DNA from: Sphaerodactylus townsendi
Lineage: Eukaryota
DNA length: 64,000 nucleotides
Assembly: GCF_021028975.2 (NCBI RefSeq)
Contig: NC_059436.1
Span: 34,286,001 to 34,350,000, forward strand
Reading direction: 5' to 3'
Positions 12,495 to 25,108 of the stretch are shown here, piece after piece. The notes below the pieces were generated by a model that was given only the letters and a program-made list of their open reading frames with translations, had not been told where the DNA came from and did no database searches. Each line of letters begins with the position of its first letter. Position 1 is the first letter of the stretch. The translations under genes were made by a program, and so were the position numbers.

Positions 12495-14156
12495 CTTCAG
12501 AGAAGGAAAGAAAAAAACCTCCATACGAAAATGCAACACAATTACCACCTTGCAGGAAGATGTAGTCAACTCAAACAAGCACAATTCCGGCTCAGCTCCC
12601 CCCCCCCCTTTTTTTTCCTTCTTCTGGTAACTGGGCATGCCTAACACATGAAACTGAGGCACTTTTAAAAACTCAGATAAAATACATGAATTCTTCATGA
12701 AACTGCATTATACCAAGTCAGACCAGTGGTCTGTCTAGCCCAGTGCTGTAGACTGTGAATGTCTGTGGGTGTTTAGGGTCTTGGGCACAGATAAACCTTT
12801 CCCATCAATTACTGCCTGAGAGGTGCCAGGGACCTTCTGCATGAAAAGGAAGTAAGCACAGAGCTACAGCCCTACTAGTATGAAGCTGTCTTACAGTAAA
12901 TGTGCCATCACAATATGGGGATTAGTGCACCATTAGGCAATGTCAAGCCCCGGATCTGTAGCCAACACCAGACTCAAGTGATTTCAATCAAAAGCCTATT
13001 GACAGACGACAGCATGGCCTTAGAAGAAGCCAGTTCTAAAGACTGACTTCTCAAGCCCCTTTTATGCCCACCAAGGTCCCCCCCTTCCCTTCATCCCCCA
13101 GAAATATCAAAGCAAGGCATTCTAGAACAGGAATGTGAAAGTTGTCAGTTCTCACGATCATAGGAGGGCTATCAGCCCAACTGGCGCTTGGGCACAATCT
13201 ACATTACTACCGGTTACAATGTACAAAGACAGCCAGAAACCAAGAGTAGAGAAAACCCAAAATTTCTTCTTCCTTTCAAAGGAATATGGAGCACTGATAA
13301 GAGAAACCAGTTTGAGTGTAGTGAATTACACCCCAGGAAAAGAACAAGTTTGATAAAGTCTGGGTGAAATAACAACTAATCCGGAAGTGTTATTGCCTAC
13401 TGTGCATTTTCTTTGTAAAGGCAGTTGGCCTAGTACACTTTTTTTGGAAAATATTTAATTATCGTGAAGGTATCTGTGTATGCCTGAGTGGGATATGGGA
13501 ATGATATAATTATGTCACCTGTATATTTTATACTGTATACCAGTGAGTAAAAGGAAGAAGAAGTTTGGACAGTTATTCTTGGAATCTGTAAGGTGTTTTC
13601 ATCCTTTAGATTCCAGGTGCACAGTGGTGTGACTATTATTATAGTGAATATGACCATTGATCCATCAAGCTCTGGACTGACAAACTGGCAGTGGCTCTCT
13701 GGGGTCCCAGGCAGAGAAAGTTCTTTCCTATCCCCTGCTAACAGTGTTCTTTTAATTGGAGGTGCCCGAGACTGAACCACGGACCTTCTGCATGCACAGC
13801 AGATGTTCTAACACTAAACCTTGGTCCTTAGCCCATGAAAATACCTTTTATGCCCAAAGCAGACCCACCCACATCCTCTCTTTCCCTGATCCCTCCTTTC
13901 ATCCGTTGCTCACTATGTGTAAGTTGTTCAAGACAGAGACCTGTTTATTGCAATATTTGGTATAGTTTGTTATATATTTCAGCCTCTAGGGAAAGCATCA
14001 TAGTAATAGCTTCTTGTGTATTCCATGATGTTAGATGTCTTTAGATATTTCCACTGGCCTGGCAGCAAAGCAGAACTCTGGAGCATCACCCCGTAACTTC
14101 AGAGTAGTTGCCAACTGTGGAGTTACACTTATCAGACCCACAATGCCAGCCACTCA

Positions 14157-14495
<339 letters not shown>

Positions 14496-14683
14496 TCACC
14501 TTGGGCCAATCACACACTCAGTCTCCACCCTGGCAAGTATTTGGATAGGAGGCCTCCAAGGCATACCAAGGTTACTATGTAGCTAAGGGTGGCCCTAAAT
14601 CAGCTGTGATTGGACAGCAAAACAAAAAGGAACACCCAAAAGCAGTCATAGTCCCCCTCTATAAATACCAGCAAAATTCCTTT

Positions 14684-14957
14684 TGAAGAAGTTTGGATTT
14701 ATACCCCAGCTTGAGGAGACTCAAGGTGGCTTACAAGTTCCTTTCCCTTCCTCTCCCCCCAACAGACACCTTGTGAGGTAGGTGGGGCTGAGAGAGTTCT
14801 GAGAGAACTGTGACTAGCCCAAGGTCACCCAGCTGGAATGTAGGTGTGTGGAAATACATCTGGCTCACCAGGTAAGCCTCTGCCACTCAGGTGGAGGAGT
14901 GGGGAATCAAACCCAGTTCTCCAGATTAGAATCCACCCACTCTTAACTACTACACCA
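14684..14957 (-). mobile_element. Squam3-like SINE
   Basis: Same body: cacctt gtgaggtaggtggggctgagagag...ggggaatcaaacccagttctccagattaga. Confidence 0.75.
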
Positions 14958-15269
14958 CACAGATGTGGCATCAAAAACAAAACAAGGTTTTGGGTAAGCC
15001 TCAGGAGCAGGTCCAGTATGATACCATGAAAGGGCATAAAGTTAATCAGGATTTTAATTTTGTTTGCTATTATTGAAACTCCTTGCTGTTTTAAATGATT
15101 GCTTGGCTGATTTACTTATCTGTTATCGTTTTATAAGTTTATTTTTCAAAAAACGTATACCTCTGATAGCTGCCTTGAAGGCTCTTCCGTGGAGATTTGG
15201 GAGAGACGTTTGTAAAGAAACACACCTCACGTCCAAGATCAAACCGCTCTGCCCTGTCATTTATGCCCG

Positions 15270-16270
15270 GAATCTGGCATTGAAGATAGACTGCCTCTGC
15301 CCACGGAAGCCCCATTCCGTACTCCCGACTCCCATGTGACAAGTATCAAGATCTTCCAGCTCCTTGCGAGCACCCAGCCCTGTAGTGCCAAGTTTCCGGA
15401 GGGCGCCAAGCCAAACCGGGCGCCGCCTACCTTCCTCCTCCCACCTCTCCAGCGTCGCCGCGTCGCTCCTGCTGACGCCGCCCAAGAACTGGGCAGGGAT
15501 GGGCTCCAAATTGCCGTCCAGCCTTCCCTGGCCAGACCCGCCTTGCTCCCGCGCGCAGGCCTCCGCCGCCAGCTTGCAATGCTCGCCCAACTCTCGGGCG
15601 TCCAGCTGCACCAGCGTCTGCCGGAGAGAGTCCCGCTGGGCCGGTTCCAGCTCGGCCCAAAAGCGCAGCAGGTGAGCCTGGCCGACGCGCTCCAGGCGCG
15701 CCCGGAGCTCCTCTTCCGAGGGCCCCATGGCCTTTCCCCGCGCTGGCTGGCTGCTGCTTTTGGAGTTCCTGTTCCCCCAGCAATGACGGGTCGATGCAAA
15801 CGTGCAAAGTCGCCTTTTCCTGGACACCTCCAGCCAATGCTCCGGAGCGCGCGGGCCGCGGGCTTTTCCTCCTGGCCGCTGGCGAGCCCGGGAGCTGTCC
15901 TTCCTCCTCCTGAACCTTGTCCTCCAGCCCTCCTCGGCTGCCGAAGGGCCTCCGTCCAATCAGATAGCCGGGCCACTGAAGAAAGGGGTTGGGATGCCAC
16001 TGATCGGCAGGAAAAGCGGCGCGTGGAGGGCGGAGAAAAGTGCGGGGCAGCTGCGGGCGGCACAGCTCGCCTCCGACGACCGGCGAAACGCCCCTTTCCA
16101 GCATCCTGTTTTCAGGCAGGACTCAAAGTCGACTCAAAGTCAGCTCTGATCGACAGATCCCACTCAGCGAGTTCAAGCCCCGAATTCGCCTCGAACCTAT
16201 AATAAAATAGACCACCGTGGATTTCAGACTGTGCCACGGTGGCACGGGCCCTTTGAAACTGGCCTCTGGA
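15270..16270. promoter_or_regulatory. CpG island / promoter of UAP1L1
   Basis: Very high CpG density over and upstream of exon 1. Confidence 0.75.
15431..15728 (-). CDS. UAP1L1: UAP1L1 exon 1 (UDP-N-acetylhexosamine pyrophosphorylase-like 1); the 9 exons total 1530 nt = 509 aa plus stop
   Basis: gccATGG start. MGPSEEELRARLERVGQAHLLRFWAEL...LERWEEE G|gtaggc. All phases are consistent. Assigned to UAP1L1 rather than UAP1 by its N-terminus and its position between MAN1B1 and SAPCD2. Confidence 0.92.
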
Positions 16271-16470
16271 ACAGGTGGAGCTCTGGTAGGTTTCAAGTAG
16301 ACAAGTAGGTTTCATCCCCATGGGCACAGGACCCGCACTCACCAACCCTAAATTTTTTGGGGGGGGGGGGGCGGCATCCTCACTGCCCCTTCTCCTTTTA
16401 ATGCAATTGGGGAATAAGTTGATTGAGAAAGAGGGGCTGCTTTGTTTTTGTGATGATTCGCTGTGCAGGC

Positions 16471-16497
16471 TGTGTGTGTGTGTGTGTGTGTGTGTGT
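16471..16497. repeat. (TG)n microsatellite
   Basis: Directly visible. Confidence 0.9.
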
Positions 16498-17504
16498 TCC
16501 ATTAAAATTAAAATTCCATTAAAAGCAGTGTGTGTGTGTATAAAAGAATAAAAGGAAATGCAGCCTTGAACCTGTAATGCAGCCTGGAACTTGTTTTGCA
16601 AGACTTTACAATACTTTCCAGGCTCTGTTCCAAGATAGTTGCAAACTGTAGACTTGGGACTGCTCCATCATACCTAGGAACATTCCCTCCCCCTTTATGT
16701 ACTAAACCTCCAGCCCGAAGAAGAGCTTTTCTGGGCACTTCACAAGCTCATCATTTTGTGGTTTCAGGTTGCTCTAATAAAAAGGTATTATGGTGCTGTT
16801 GTTTTTGGATTAAAGGACAGTTCTCTGATAAGGAAGGTTGCTGGGAAGGAGGGCACAGAAGGCCCCTCTTCTGACCAGGCATCAGAGAGATCCCTGTTTA
16901 ACCTCTATAATGAACAAGCTCCCCTTCCCTTCAGAAGTTGAGCCCTGCAGGGATGGCCAAGACCAATCTGCGTGGCCTGCTCCACATCCACCATCCATGC
17001 AGTCCCTCGCTCTTTCCCTTGCAGCTGGTGGATCATCTGGGGGCCATTCAGTGATGCAGCTGCAACTTCTGCCTGCTAAATGTTCAAGACTGGCATTTTA
17101 ATCAGTGAGGGTATCAGCTGGGTGGATATGCTGCTCTCCAGTCCTCAGCAGTTCAAGGGGCATCTGGTCATGGGCAGCCAGGAGTCTGGCGTCTCAAGGC
17201 TATGCTATGGGTACCCCAAAACCAATCTGGGAGCCAGAAGCCCCCGACCCACTCAGGGATGCTCAAGTGTGGAACCAAGCCAGTATCCTCCAGCAATTTG
17301 ACTTCAATGTACAAAGCACACGAAGGGCAGGAGGAAGCTACTGAGTGACTAACATGCTTCAGAATATAGTTACATCCCTGCTGGATAAGACCCAGTTCAG
17401 CATCCTGTTTCACAGAGTGAATGTCCCCCTGGAAGGGCTACAAGCAGAGGCAGTCTGAACACAGTTTACATCACAGCTACATTTTCTACTGGATGTCTGT
17501 GCTG

Positions 17505-19310
17505 CTTTTATTTTTATTTATTTTTTATTTTTTATTTAGATTTCTATACCACCCTATCCCCAAGAGGCTCTGTGTGGTGTACAACATAAAATCAATACAA
17601 TATTAAATAAGGGAGCAAACCATACAAATCCACCACAACAAAATACATAGGCTCCATCCATTTAAATAATCATTAAGACTTACTAAAGTTCCATTAAAAA
17701 CAGCGATTAATACAAGAAAAGGCATCCAATAAACCCATTTTTCAAACCCTCCCCCCCCAAAGGGGGAATGGCTAGACCCCTCCATAGGGGGGTTGCCCAG
17801 ATGTAAAGGGCAGAAGAGTGGAAAGCGGGCACCACACTCAGCGGCTGGTCACTCCAAAGGCCCGGTGGAACAACTCAGTCTTGCAGGCCCTGCGGAATTC
17901 GCCAAGATCCCACAGAGCCTGGACAGCTGGAGGAAGAGTGTTCCACCAGGCTGGGGCCAGGGCCGTAAAGTCCCTGGCCTGCGTGGAGGCCAGCCGCATC
18001 ATTGAGGGGCCGGGAACCACCAGCAAATTGAGCGCAGAGGCCGAGTAGGGACATATGGGATAATGCGGTCCTGAAGGTACAAGGGTCCCAGGCTGCATAA
18101 GGCCTTAAAGGTCAAAACCCACACCTTGAAGATGATTTGGAATTCAACCGGGAGCCAATGCAGCTGGCGCAACACAGGCTGAATGTGATCTCGAAAGGTG
18201 CCCTCATGAGCAGACGTGCTGCTGCATGTTGGACCAGTTTCAGTTTCCGAATCAACCGCAAGGGAAGGCCCGCGTAGAGCGAGCTACAATAGTCTAACCT
18301 GGAGGTGACCATTGCATGAATCACAGTGGCTAGGTCTGCCTGGAAGAGGAAGGGAACCAACCGCCGGGCCTGACGAAGATGGAAAAATGCAGGGTTGTAA
18401 GGGCCACCTGGGTCTCCATTGAAAGAGATGAATCCAGGTGGACCCCCAGACTGCGGACGGAGGAGGTCAGCGTCAAAGTGACCCCCTCCCACACCGGCAG
18501 CTGGAAATCCCCAACCTCCCCCCCGTGGCCAAGCCAGAGGATCTCTGTCTTCGATGGATTCAGTTTTAACCGGCTCTGCTGCAACCAACCAGCGACCGCC
18601 TCCAGACAATGCTGTAGAGCTGCAGGGGCGGCGACCACTCCCCCCTCCATCAACAGAATGAGCTGAGTGTCATCAGCGTACTGATGACAGATCAGCCCAA
18701 AGCTCCGTACCAGCTGAGCAAGTGGTCGCATATAGATGTTAAATAACTGCAAGGATAATAACGCCCCCTGGGGTACACCGCAATGAAGTGGGCACTTCCG
18801 GGAGGCTTGATCCCCGCACCACACTTGCTGACTCTGGTCCCGGAGGAACGAAACAATCCACTGAAGGACAGTGCCCCGCACCCCGGAAGCAGCCAGGCGG
18901 TGGGCCAAAAGGTCGTGGTCGACCACATCAAACGCTGTGGTAAGATCTCACAAAATCAGCAATGCCGATCCACCTCGGTCAAGCTGCATATGGAGCGAAT
19001 CTGTGACAGCGACGAGAACAGTCTCCGTCCCATGCCCAGCACGGAAACCGGACTGGAAGGGATCGAAGGCCGATGTGTCATCCAGGAAGCCCTGAAGCTG
19101 CTCCAACACCACTCTCTCAATTACCTTCCCCAGAAACGAAAGATTCGAGACGGGGCGGTAATTGGCCAGATCCCCCGGATCTAATGATGGTCTTTTCAAG
19201 AGTGGGCGGACCACTGCCTCCTTCAACCCATCCGGAAAGACTCCTTGCTCAAGGGAGCCATTGATGATATTCAACAGATGGGGTCGTAGCTTTCTAACCT
19301 CCACTCCCTC
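17505..19310 (-). mobile_element. 5'-truncated L2-clade LINE (reverse transcriptase, C-terminus and 3' UTR), inactivated
   Basis: [54 protein letters not shown] and SRLDYCSSLYAGLP. In-frame TGA near 18948 and a frameshift near 18400. (TAAA)-rich tail at 17505-17540. Confidence 0.88.
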
Positions 19311-20149
19311 AAGCAACTCACAGCATTTGGGAAATTAAAGAAGTTTCATTTCTTAAAATTACATTTCACATTAAAATCACAAAAAAATGGATTAAGAAAA
19401 GATGAAACCAGAGAGAGAATTTCATTTTAAAATGTTGATTTTGAAGCAAATCGAAAGCAACCTTTCAGAAACCAACAGCCCTCCCAAGATGTGTATATTT
19501 AGTTCCTCTGAATATGTGGGAGGTACAAGTGGAGACTTAGAGGTTGGCCAGGGGTTTGATTCCCTTGTACTCCTGAGCAGGGCTGTCTTAACTGCCTTAT
19601 AGGCCCGCAGGCAAAGCAGTACACTGGGGCCCCTAACCACACAACTACTCACAGGAATAAAAATGTAGTGTGTGCAATATGTACACATACACGCACGTGT
19701 GGTTGCAGAGGTGACCATGATACTAAATCAGAGGTAAATGCCAATATCCACTTGTTATAAAAAATTAACATCGTTCCTTATCTTTAGCAAAACACAAACT
19801 AAATATGCATTTTCCAATAACAAATATTTATAGTTCTGTTTGGTATTTATTGACAGCAAGTCATGACATACATAGATTGGCAGGGGCCCCTAATGTATGG
19901 GCCCAGCGTCCTCATGGATTAAGACTGCCTGCTCCTGGATCCTGTGTGGGGCAGTTGGTCTTCCCAAACGGTCACAAAGGATTCTATGAATCTGCCAATT
20001 TTCCATCTGAAGTGAAATCTGGGTAAGCTGAAGGCCATCCTTACAGCTTCTGACTGTGAGTTCTCTAAGGTAATTCATGTGAAAAACAAAAAGGTATTGA
20101 ATCTGTCAGTTCCGAATGGATTCTCCTTTGCCTTGGCAGTGAAGTGGAG

Positions 20150-21090
20150 GGAAGGATCAAGCAGGCTCAGCCGGGTTTGGGGGAGTTCAGCCGTTTAAGC
20201 CCCCCTCACTTTCTTTGCCCGAAGCTTGAGGCGAACAAAAAACGCTATGCGCACGGTATGGCAACTACCATCCCGGGAAAAATCAAACGGGCTCGCTGGT
20301 TCCTCAGCCAATCCGTTCAGAGGGCTCTTTCCGCGCTAGCCAATGAGGCAGAAGAGGATGCAAATGAATCTGACGTCACAAAGGGAGGTCCCATTCATTC
20401 CCTTAGAACGTTCGGAAAACTTTTGGAGTCGGAATTTAGCGTAACAATTTTCGGGACTTTTCCCGGGAGGGGAAGGAGGCTTCCATGGCGCCGGAGCGCG
20501 GCAGTGACGGGCGCCCGCAGCTCCCAGAGGATTCGCCTTGCAGCACCGAGGGACTGCCGAAGGCTTTCTTGCAAAGCCTGCGGACCCTCTTCGACATCCT
20601 AGACGATCGCCGGAGGGGCTACGTGCACCTGCGGGAGATCGAGTCCCGCTGGCTGCAGCAAGGCCCTGAGGCCAGAGAGTTACCCCGGGGTGTTTTAGAA
20701 GGGCTACGGCGAGCCGCCCCGGCCAGCGGCTACCTCACCTTCGAGAGGTTCGTACTGGGATTGCGAGCGTCTCTGCTCAGTTCGGACAAAAGGAGCAGTC
20801 CAGCGATCGTCGCCAACGGCAAAGTCCCGGGGCTCAGAGAGGAAGGCAAAGTTGCGGAGAAGGGGCTGGAAAGAGGGGGAAGCGCTTCTCGGAGCCTGGA
20901 AAAGATCCCCAACTCTCGGGTGGAACCGATTCAATGCAAGAGAGAGGGTGAGTGTAAGAGAGAGAGGAGGCGATGCTAAACGGGAACCTCGGTGTTCCCG
21001 GGGAATAAAACACCTAAAGCCTGCTAAGGGCATAGGTATTCCTAACTATCGATGAGAGTATCTTCGAGCGAGCGCAGAGTGCGTTTGAGT
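20150..21090. promoter_or_regulatory. CpG island / SAPCD2 promoter with CCAAT boxes (20308, 20340) and a palindromic CRE TGACGTCA (20371-20378)
   Basis: Motifs read directly, upstream of ATG 20485. Confidence 0.7.
20485..20947 (+). CDS. SAPCD2: SAPCD2 (suppressor APC domain-containing 2) exon 1
   Basis: tccATGG start. STEGLPKAFLQSLRTLFDILDDRRRGYVHLREIESRW...ASGYLTFERFVLGLRASLL matches the SAPCD2 N-terminus. Donor G|gtgagt. Confidence 0.93.
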
Positions 21091-21287
21091 CTATCCTTGG
21101 GCCAATGGATCTCTTTCAGCCTGTTCTACTTCACTTAATTTGGGGGGGGGGAGAGAAATATGGGGTGAAAATGAATTCCCCAACATTCAGGATTAAACAC
21201 ATCAGACCCTCTCTTTTTGTAGGTGTTCATCACCACATGGGGAGACCGGAGGAGGGTTTCAAGGATGCCCCTGTTCTGAGAATATTG

Positions 21288-21405
21288 AATTGTCAAATGC
21301 TTTCATGGCCGCAATCACAAGGGTGCCAGCCACAGATGCAGGCGAAACGTCAGGAGAAAATGCTACTGGAACACGGCCATACAACCCAGAAAACCCACAA
21401 CACCC
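21288..21405 (+). mobile_element. Short Penelope-like (PLE) terminal fragment with the 3' half of a hammerhead motif
   Basis: 14-bp TSD TTCTGAGAATATTG (21274-21287 / 21406-21419). Contains GCCAGCCACAGATGCAGGC GAAA CG TC AGG and begins with an inverted copy of the element 3' tail. Confidence 0.7.
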
Positions 21406-21472
21406 TTCTGAGAATATTGCTGACATGACAGCAACCAGGATCAGCATGTGAAGACTCTTTATGTATATTCCA

Positions 21473-21730
21473 GCTGTTGTGGGTTTTCCGGGCAATGTGG
21501 CCGTGGTCTGGTAGTTTTTGCTTCTAACATTTTGCCTGCATCAATGGCTGGCACTTTCAGAGGCATATCATGTCACAGGAAACACATCTCACCATGACAT
21601 GCCTCTAAAGATGCCAGCCATAGATGTGGGTGAACAGTCAAGAGTAAAAACTACTGGACCCCAGCCATACAGTCTGGAAAACCCACAACAACCGTTTGAT
21701 TCCAGCCATGAAAGCCTTTAACAGTACATT
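21473..21730. mobile_element. Fold-back (inverted dimer) PLE-like element with degenerate hammerheads
   Basis: Arms at ~21473-21575 and ~21590-21695 are mutual reverse complements. Same family as the 51.8 and 54.0 kb copies. Confidence 0.7.
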
Positions 21731-21932
21731 TTGTACATTCCCTTTGGTGTAATGTAGGGATCAAATTAAGTTGCTCATTCTAGAATGAATCTGAGAAGCA
21801 GACTGAAGGGTGGGGTGGGGGGAGAGGACCATGCGGAAACAGCCAATTCCCCATAGATTCTTTCTCACTGCATTCATAGTTCATTCCCAAGATCTCATTA
21901 ACTAGATTTCAACTCTTTATTGCTTTTAACAG

Positions 21933-22087
21933 CTCTGGCTTGCTGTCCCTCCACAGGAGGAGATGCTGGCTGGCAGCTGCCACAAAAGGAGAACGCCTCT
22001 AAAGGTCTGGGGGAAGCCCGAAGGCAACAGAGAGGCCGCTGTGGACACAGGAGACACACCCTCACCAACGGTGTGGACTACGGCATG
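21933..22087 (+). CDS. SAPCD2: SAPCD2 exon 2 (an alternative in-frame acceptor at 21957 is also possible)
   Basis: ttttaacag|CT...HRRHTLTNGVDYGM|gtaggg. RRHT-xxGVD motif; phase 1 in, phase 0 out. Confidence 0.85.
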
Positions 22088-22658
22088 GTAGGGAGGCAGT
22101 TCTGGCCCCACACCTGGGATGGAAAATCTACTTTCACTTCCTGTTTCATGGTATAAATGACAGCCGGGATCTGGAGACCGTATCAAGTCCGCACAAGCAT
22201 TTGGACCACAACTGATGCATTCCTAATCCCCCCCCCCCCCCCGCCACCGCCCCTTTTAAACCTCAGCTCAGATTGGATAAAAAATGCATTTGAAAATCCC
22301 CTCTGCTGCAGAAGCAGCTTGGCAGGGGCCGTGAGAGTCTGCTGCTCTTGGGGAAACATAAGCTCAAAGTCCCCTTTTTGTTGCGCGTTGTCTAATCCGG
22401 GTTTAATCGGGATTGTGGGTGTCTTTTAAAGTGCAGGTGAATTCAGACTAGCACAGCATGACTAGAAAGACAGAACTGGCACTGAGCTTCTGCTGCAGGT
22501 ATCCATAGTGCTGATATGACTTCATCTTCATCAAGCAGGCTTGCTCGCTTCATCTTCATCACCAATTATATATTTATTCATATACAAGTCTAGGGTCACA
22601 AAAATTTATAATTCCTACATTCAGTTGCAGAGCGATGACATTGGGTGATGGGCTAGCA

Positions 22659-22774
22659 CAGAGATGTCCACCTCTGGCGCTTCAGGTGTTCATGGACTAC
22701 AATTCCCATGCCAGCAGGGGCTGATGGGAATTGTAGTCCATGAACACCTGAAGCACCAGAGGTGGACACCCCTG
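22659..22774. mobile_element. hAT-type palindromic MITE in SAPCD2 intron 2
   Basis: 8-bp TSD GGCTAGCA (22651-22658 / 22775-22782). The internal ggactacaattcccat core is shared with the 8845 element. Confidence 0.85.
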
Positions 22775-25026
22775 GGCTAGCATGTGCAAATCCACCCTGA
22801 CTGAAGGATGCCTTCTTGCCTTCTTTGTGGACTCCAAATACCCTTTTTTATGGATGCATTCCTAGCTGTCTCCTTTTTCTGCTGAACGGATCCATCCCTG
22901 TGCTCAGTGCATTATTGGCAAAGGTACACCAAGTGGCTACCCCCAGAATTATGGAACTCCCTTCCGTCTGACACTTGCCCAAGTCCAGGACTGGTCGTTT
23001 TCCCAGTTGCACTTTGAGGTCTCTGTTGGGATTGACTCTTTAGCTGGCCCGGATTAAACTGGAAAGGGATACACTTAATTAGATTAATTTTGTCAGTTCA
23101 ACATCAGTGTGTTTTAAGAAGAATATCCGACCTCTGAATAGAAGAAACCCTGGCCTCTCTTTACCCCAGAATGCGAGTCTTTTGCTTCTCTCCCCCTTCC
23201 CGATGTGGAATGTATTTCTCACTCCATTAGTGCGTTTCTGTGTGTTTGCTTTGGGCTAACAGCAGGCTTGCTCGCTCATCCTTCACTGATCCGGATTGAT
23301 CGGCCTAGTGGGATCCCTTGTGGCTCACTGCAGCTGGAATGAGGCTTTTTGCTACTCAGGTGGCCTGTTTCCCCTCATCCTCCCTCCCTCTGTGGTGGGT
23401 ACAAGCTGCTCTCCACTGTCTGTTTCCCCTGATCCTCCCACACCCCTGGATCTTTGATCAGTTGCGGACAGGATGCCCTCTGCCTGCTCCCTGAGCAGGG
23501 AAACCTCTGGAGGGATGCTGGCTTTTTCTCCTGTCACCATGGTAACTGGCCAGCCCTGGCCGAGAGGAACCCGGGGAGGTCATTCAGCTGCGGATGGCCA
23601 AGGCAGCTGGATGGGGATCTTTGCGACCTACAGCACCCTCTTTGTCCCTCTGACCAACAGCCTGTGCAGCCGCAAAGCACTCAAGTTTTTCCTCTGGGTA
23701 TGTCCTTCAATGGGTCGGGCATGCAAGGGTGGCGTTGTGGTAATTGTACACTTTAATTCTAGGCTTAGGCGTTCTGTGGGGGGGTTGTGTATATTTTGGG
23801 GCAGAATAGTGGAGAACAGAAAGGCATTATGGGCTGACAGCTGGTGGTTGGAGTTTCAGACTGGAATTGGGGAGATCTGGATTCTTCAAACTGCACACTG
23901 AGTCATTGATGTTGGGCACATTGTACTGGCAGTTATATTGCATGGTTGTTGTGATGATGAAACAGAGGAAAAGAGAACTGGTTGTCGCTCTGAGCTCCTT
24001 GGAGGAAGGGAGGAAGAAAAAGGGGATAGGTGTGTTGCTGTGGCTCACTTTTAAAAAGAGAGAACACAGGATTGAATCGGGTCTGCTTGTATGTCATGGT
24101 TCTATGGAATGCAGTAGAAGATGGTGATGGCCACAAAAAACTCTCAGCTTCACAAGACATTCTGCTTTGGGGTTACTTGAGTTTGTTTCGCCCCAGGCCT
24201 CTAACCCTCATGGTTGCCAGGAGATGATTTAAAGTGTTTCGGCAGTGATATTTCAAAACTTCATTGCTGAAATATGATTTGCAGTAATCAGAGGGTGGTG
24301 CTCCAGACATTGTTTGTACAATCATCTCAGGCTAGTCTACTAGTTTTAAGTAACAAATCTGAATTTGTGTATAAATCATACATTTTCCCCCCGGGATCTT
24401 GCCTCCTCCTCAGCAGAAAGGACACTCTCCTATGCCGCTGTTCCTATGGCCAGGTGGCCAAAAGTCATGGCACTGTTCACTAAATTTGATTAATTTGAGG
24501 ATGCTATAAAAACATAGTACAAATCTATGGTTAGCAAATCAGCTACAAACAGTTGTTTGAAACCCAACTAACTTAAAATCTCAATTTGTTGGACTTTCTG
24601 CAATCAGAAGTCACAACTCACCAGATTCAATCCAATCAAGATCTTCTTTCCTTGTAGACCTTTGAAGGAAATGTAAGGTTGGTTGGGCTTCTTTCTTTTT
24701 GACTGATTCTTCCTCTTCCTGAATTCTTGTTCCTGTTGTGTTATTTTACTATATGCGTGTGCACATATGAATTTTGTGTGTCTTGCCCTGTGAACTTGCT
24801 TGTGCATTTTGATCTTCTTTGGTGCCCTATCTGTATAAGAGTTTTTTGGTGGTGGCACTCTGTATCTCTGGGACATTCTTTCCTGGGACATACACCTGGA
24901 GCCCTGCTGCTGGAATTCACATGCCAGGCAAAGGGTCTCTGTGTGTTTCATTCTGTTTTGGACCACATTCTGTTTTGGACTTTTTGTTTTCTGTACAGGA
25001 AATCTCAGTCCTCTTCATTTTATGAT

Positions 25027-25108
25027 GATTTTCATTTTGTTTTGGCATGCTGGTGATGATTTCCTGAAGATTTTCATTTTGTTTTGGCATACTGATGATG
25101 ATTTCCTG
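25027..25108. repeat. Tandem duplication of a ~42-bp unit (GATTTTCATTTTGTTTTGGCAT...GATGATTTCCTG)
   Basis: Two adjacent near-identical copies. Confidence 0.8.

Noticed and set aside
15257-16202. Long overlapping ORFs (288, 268, 225 aa) and a 77-codon in-frame upstream extension of UAP1L1
   Set aside because: Stop-poor GC-rich CpG island. There is no upstream in-frame ATG, and only the frame from 15728 matches a known protein.
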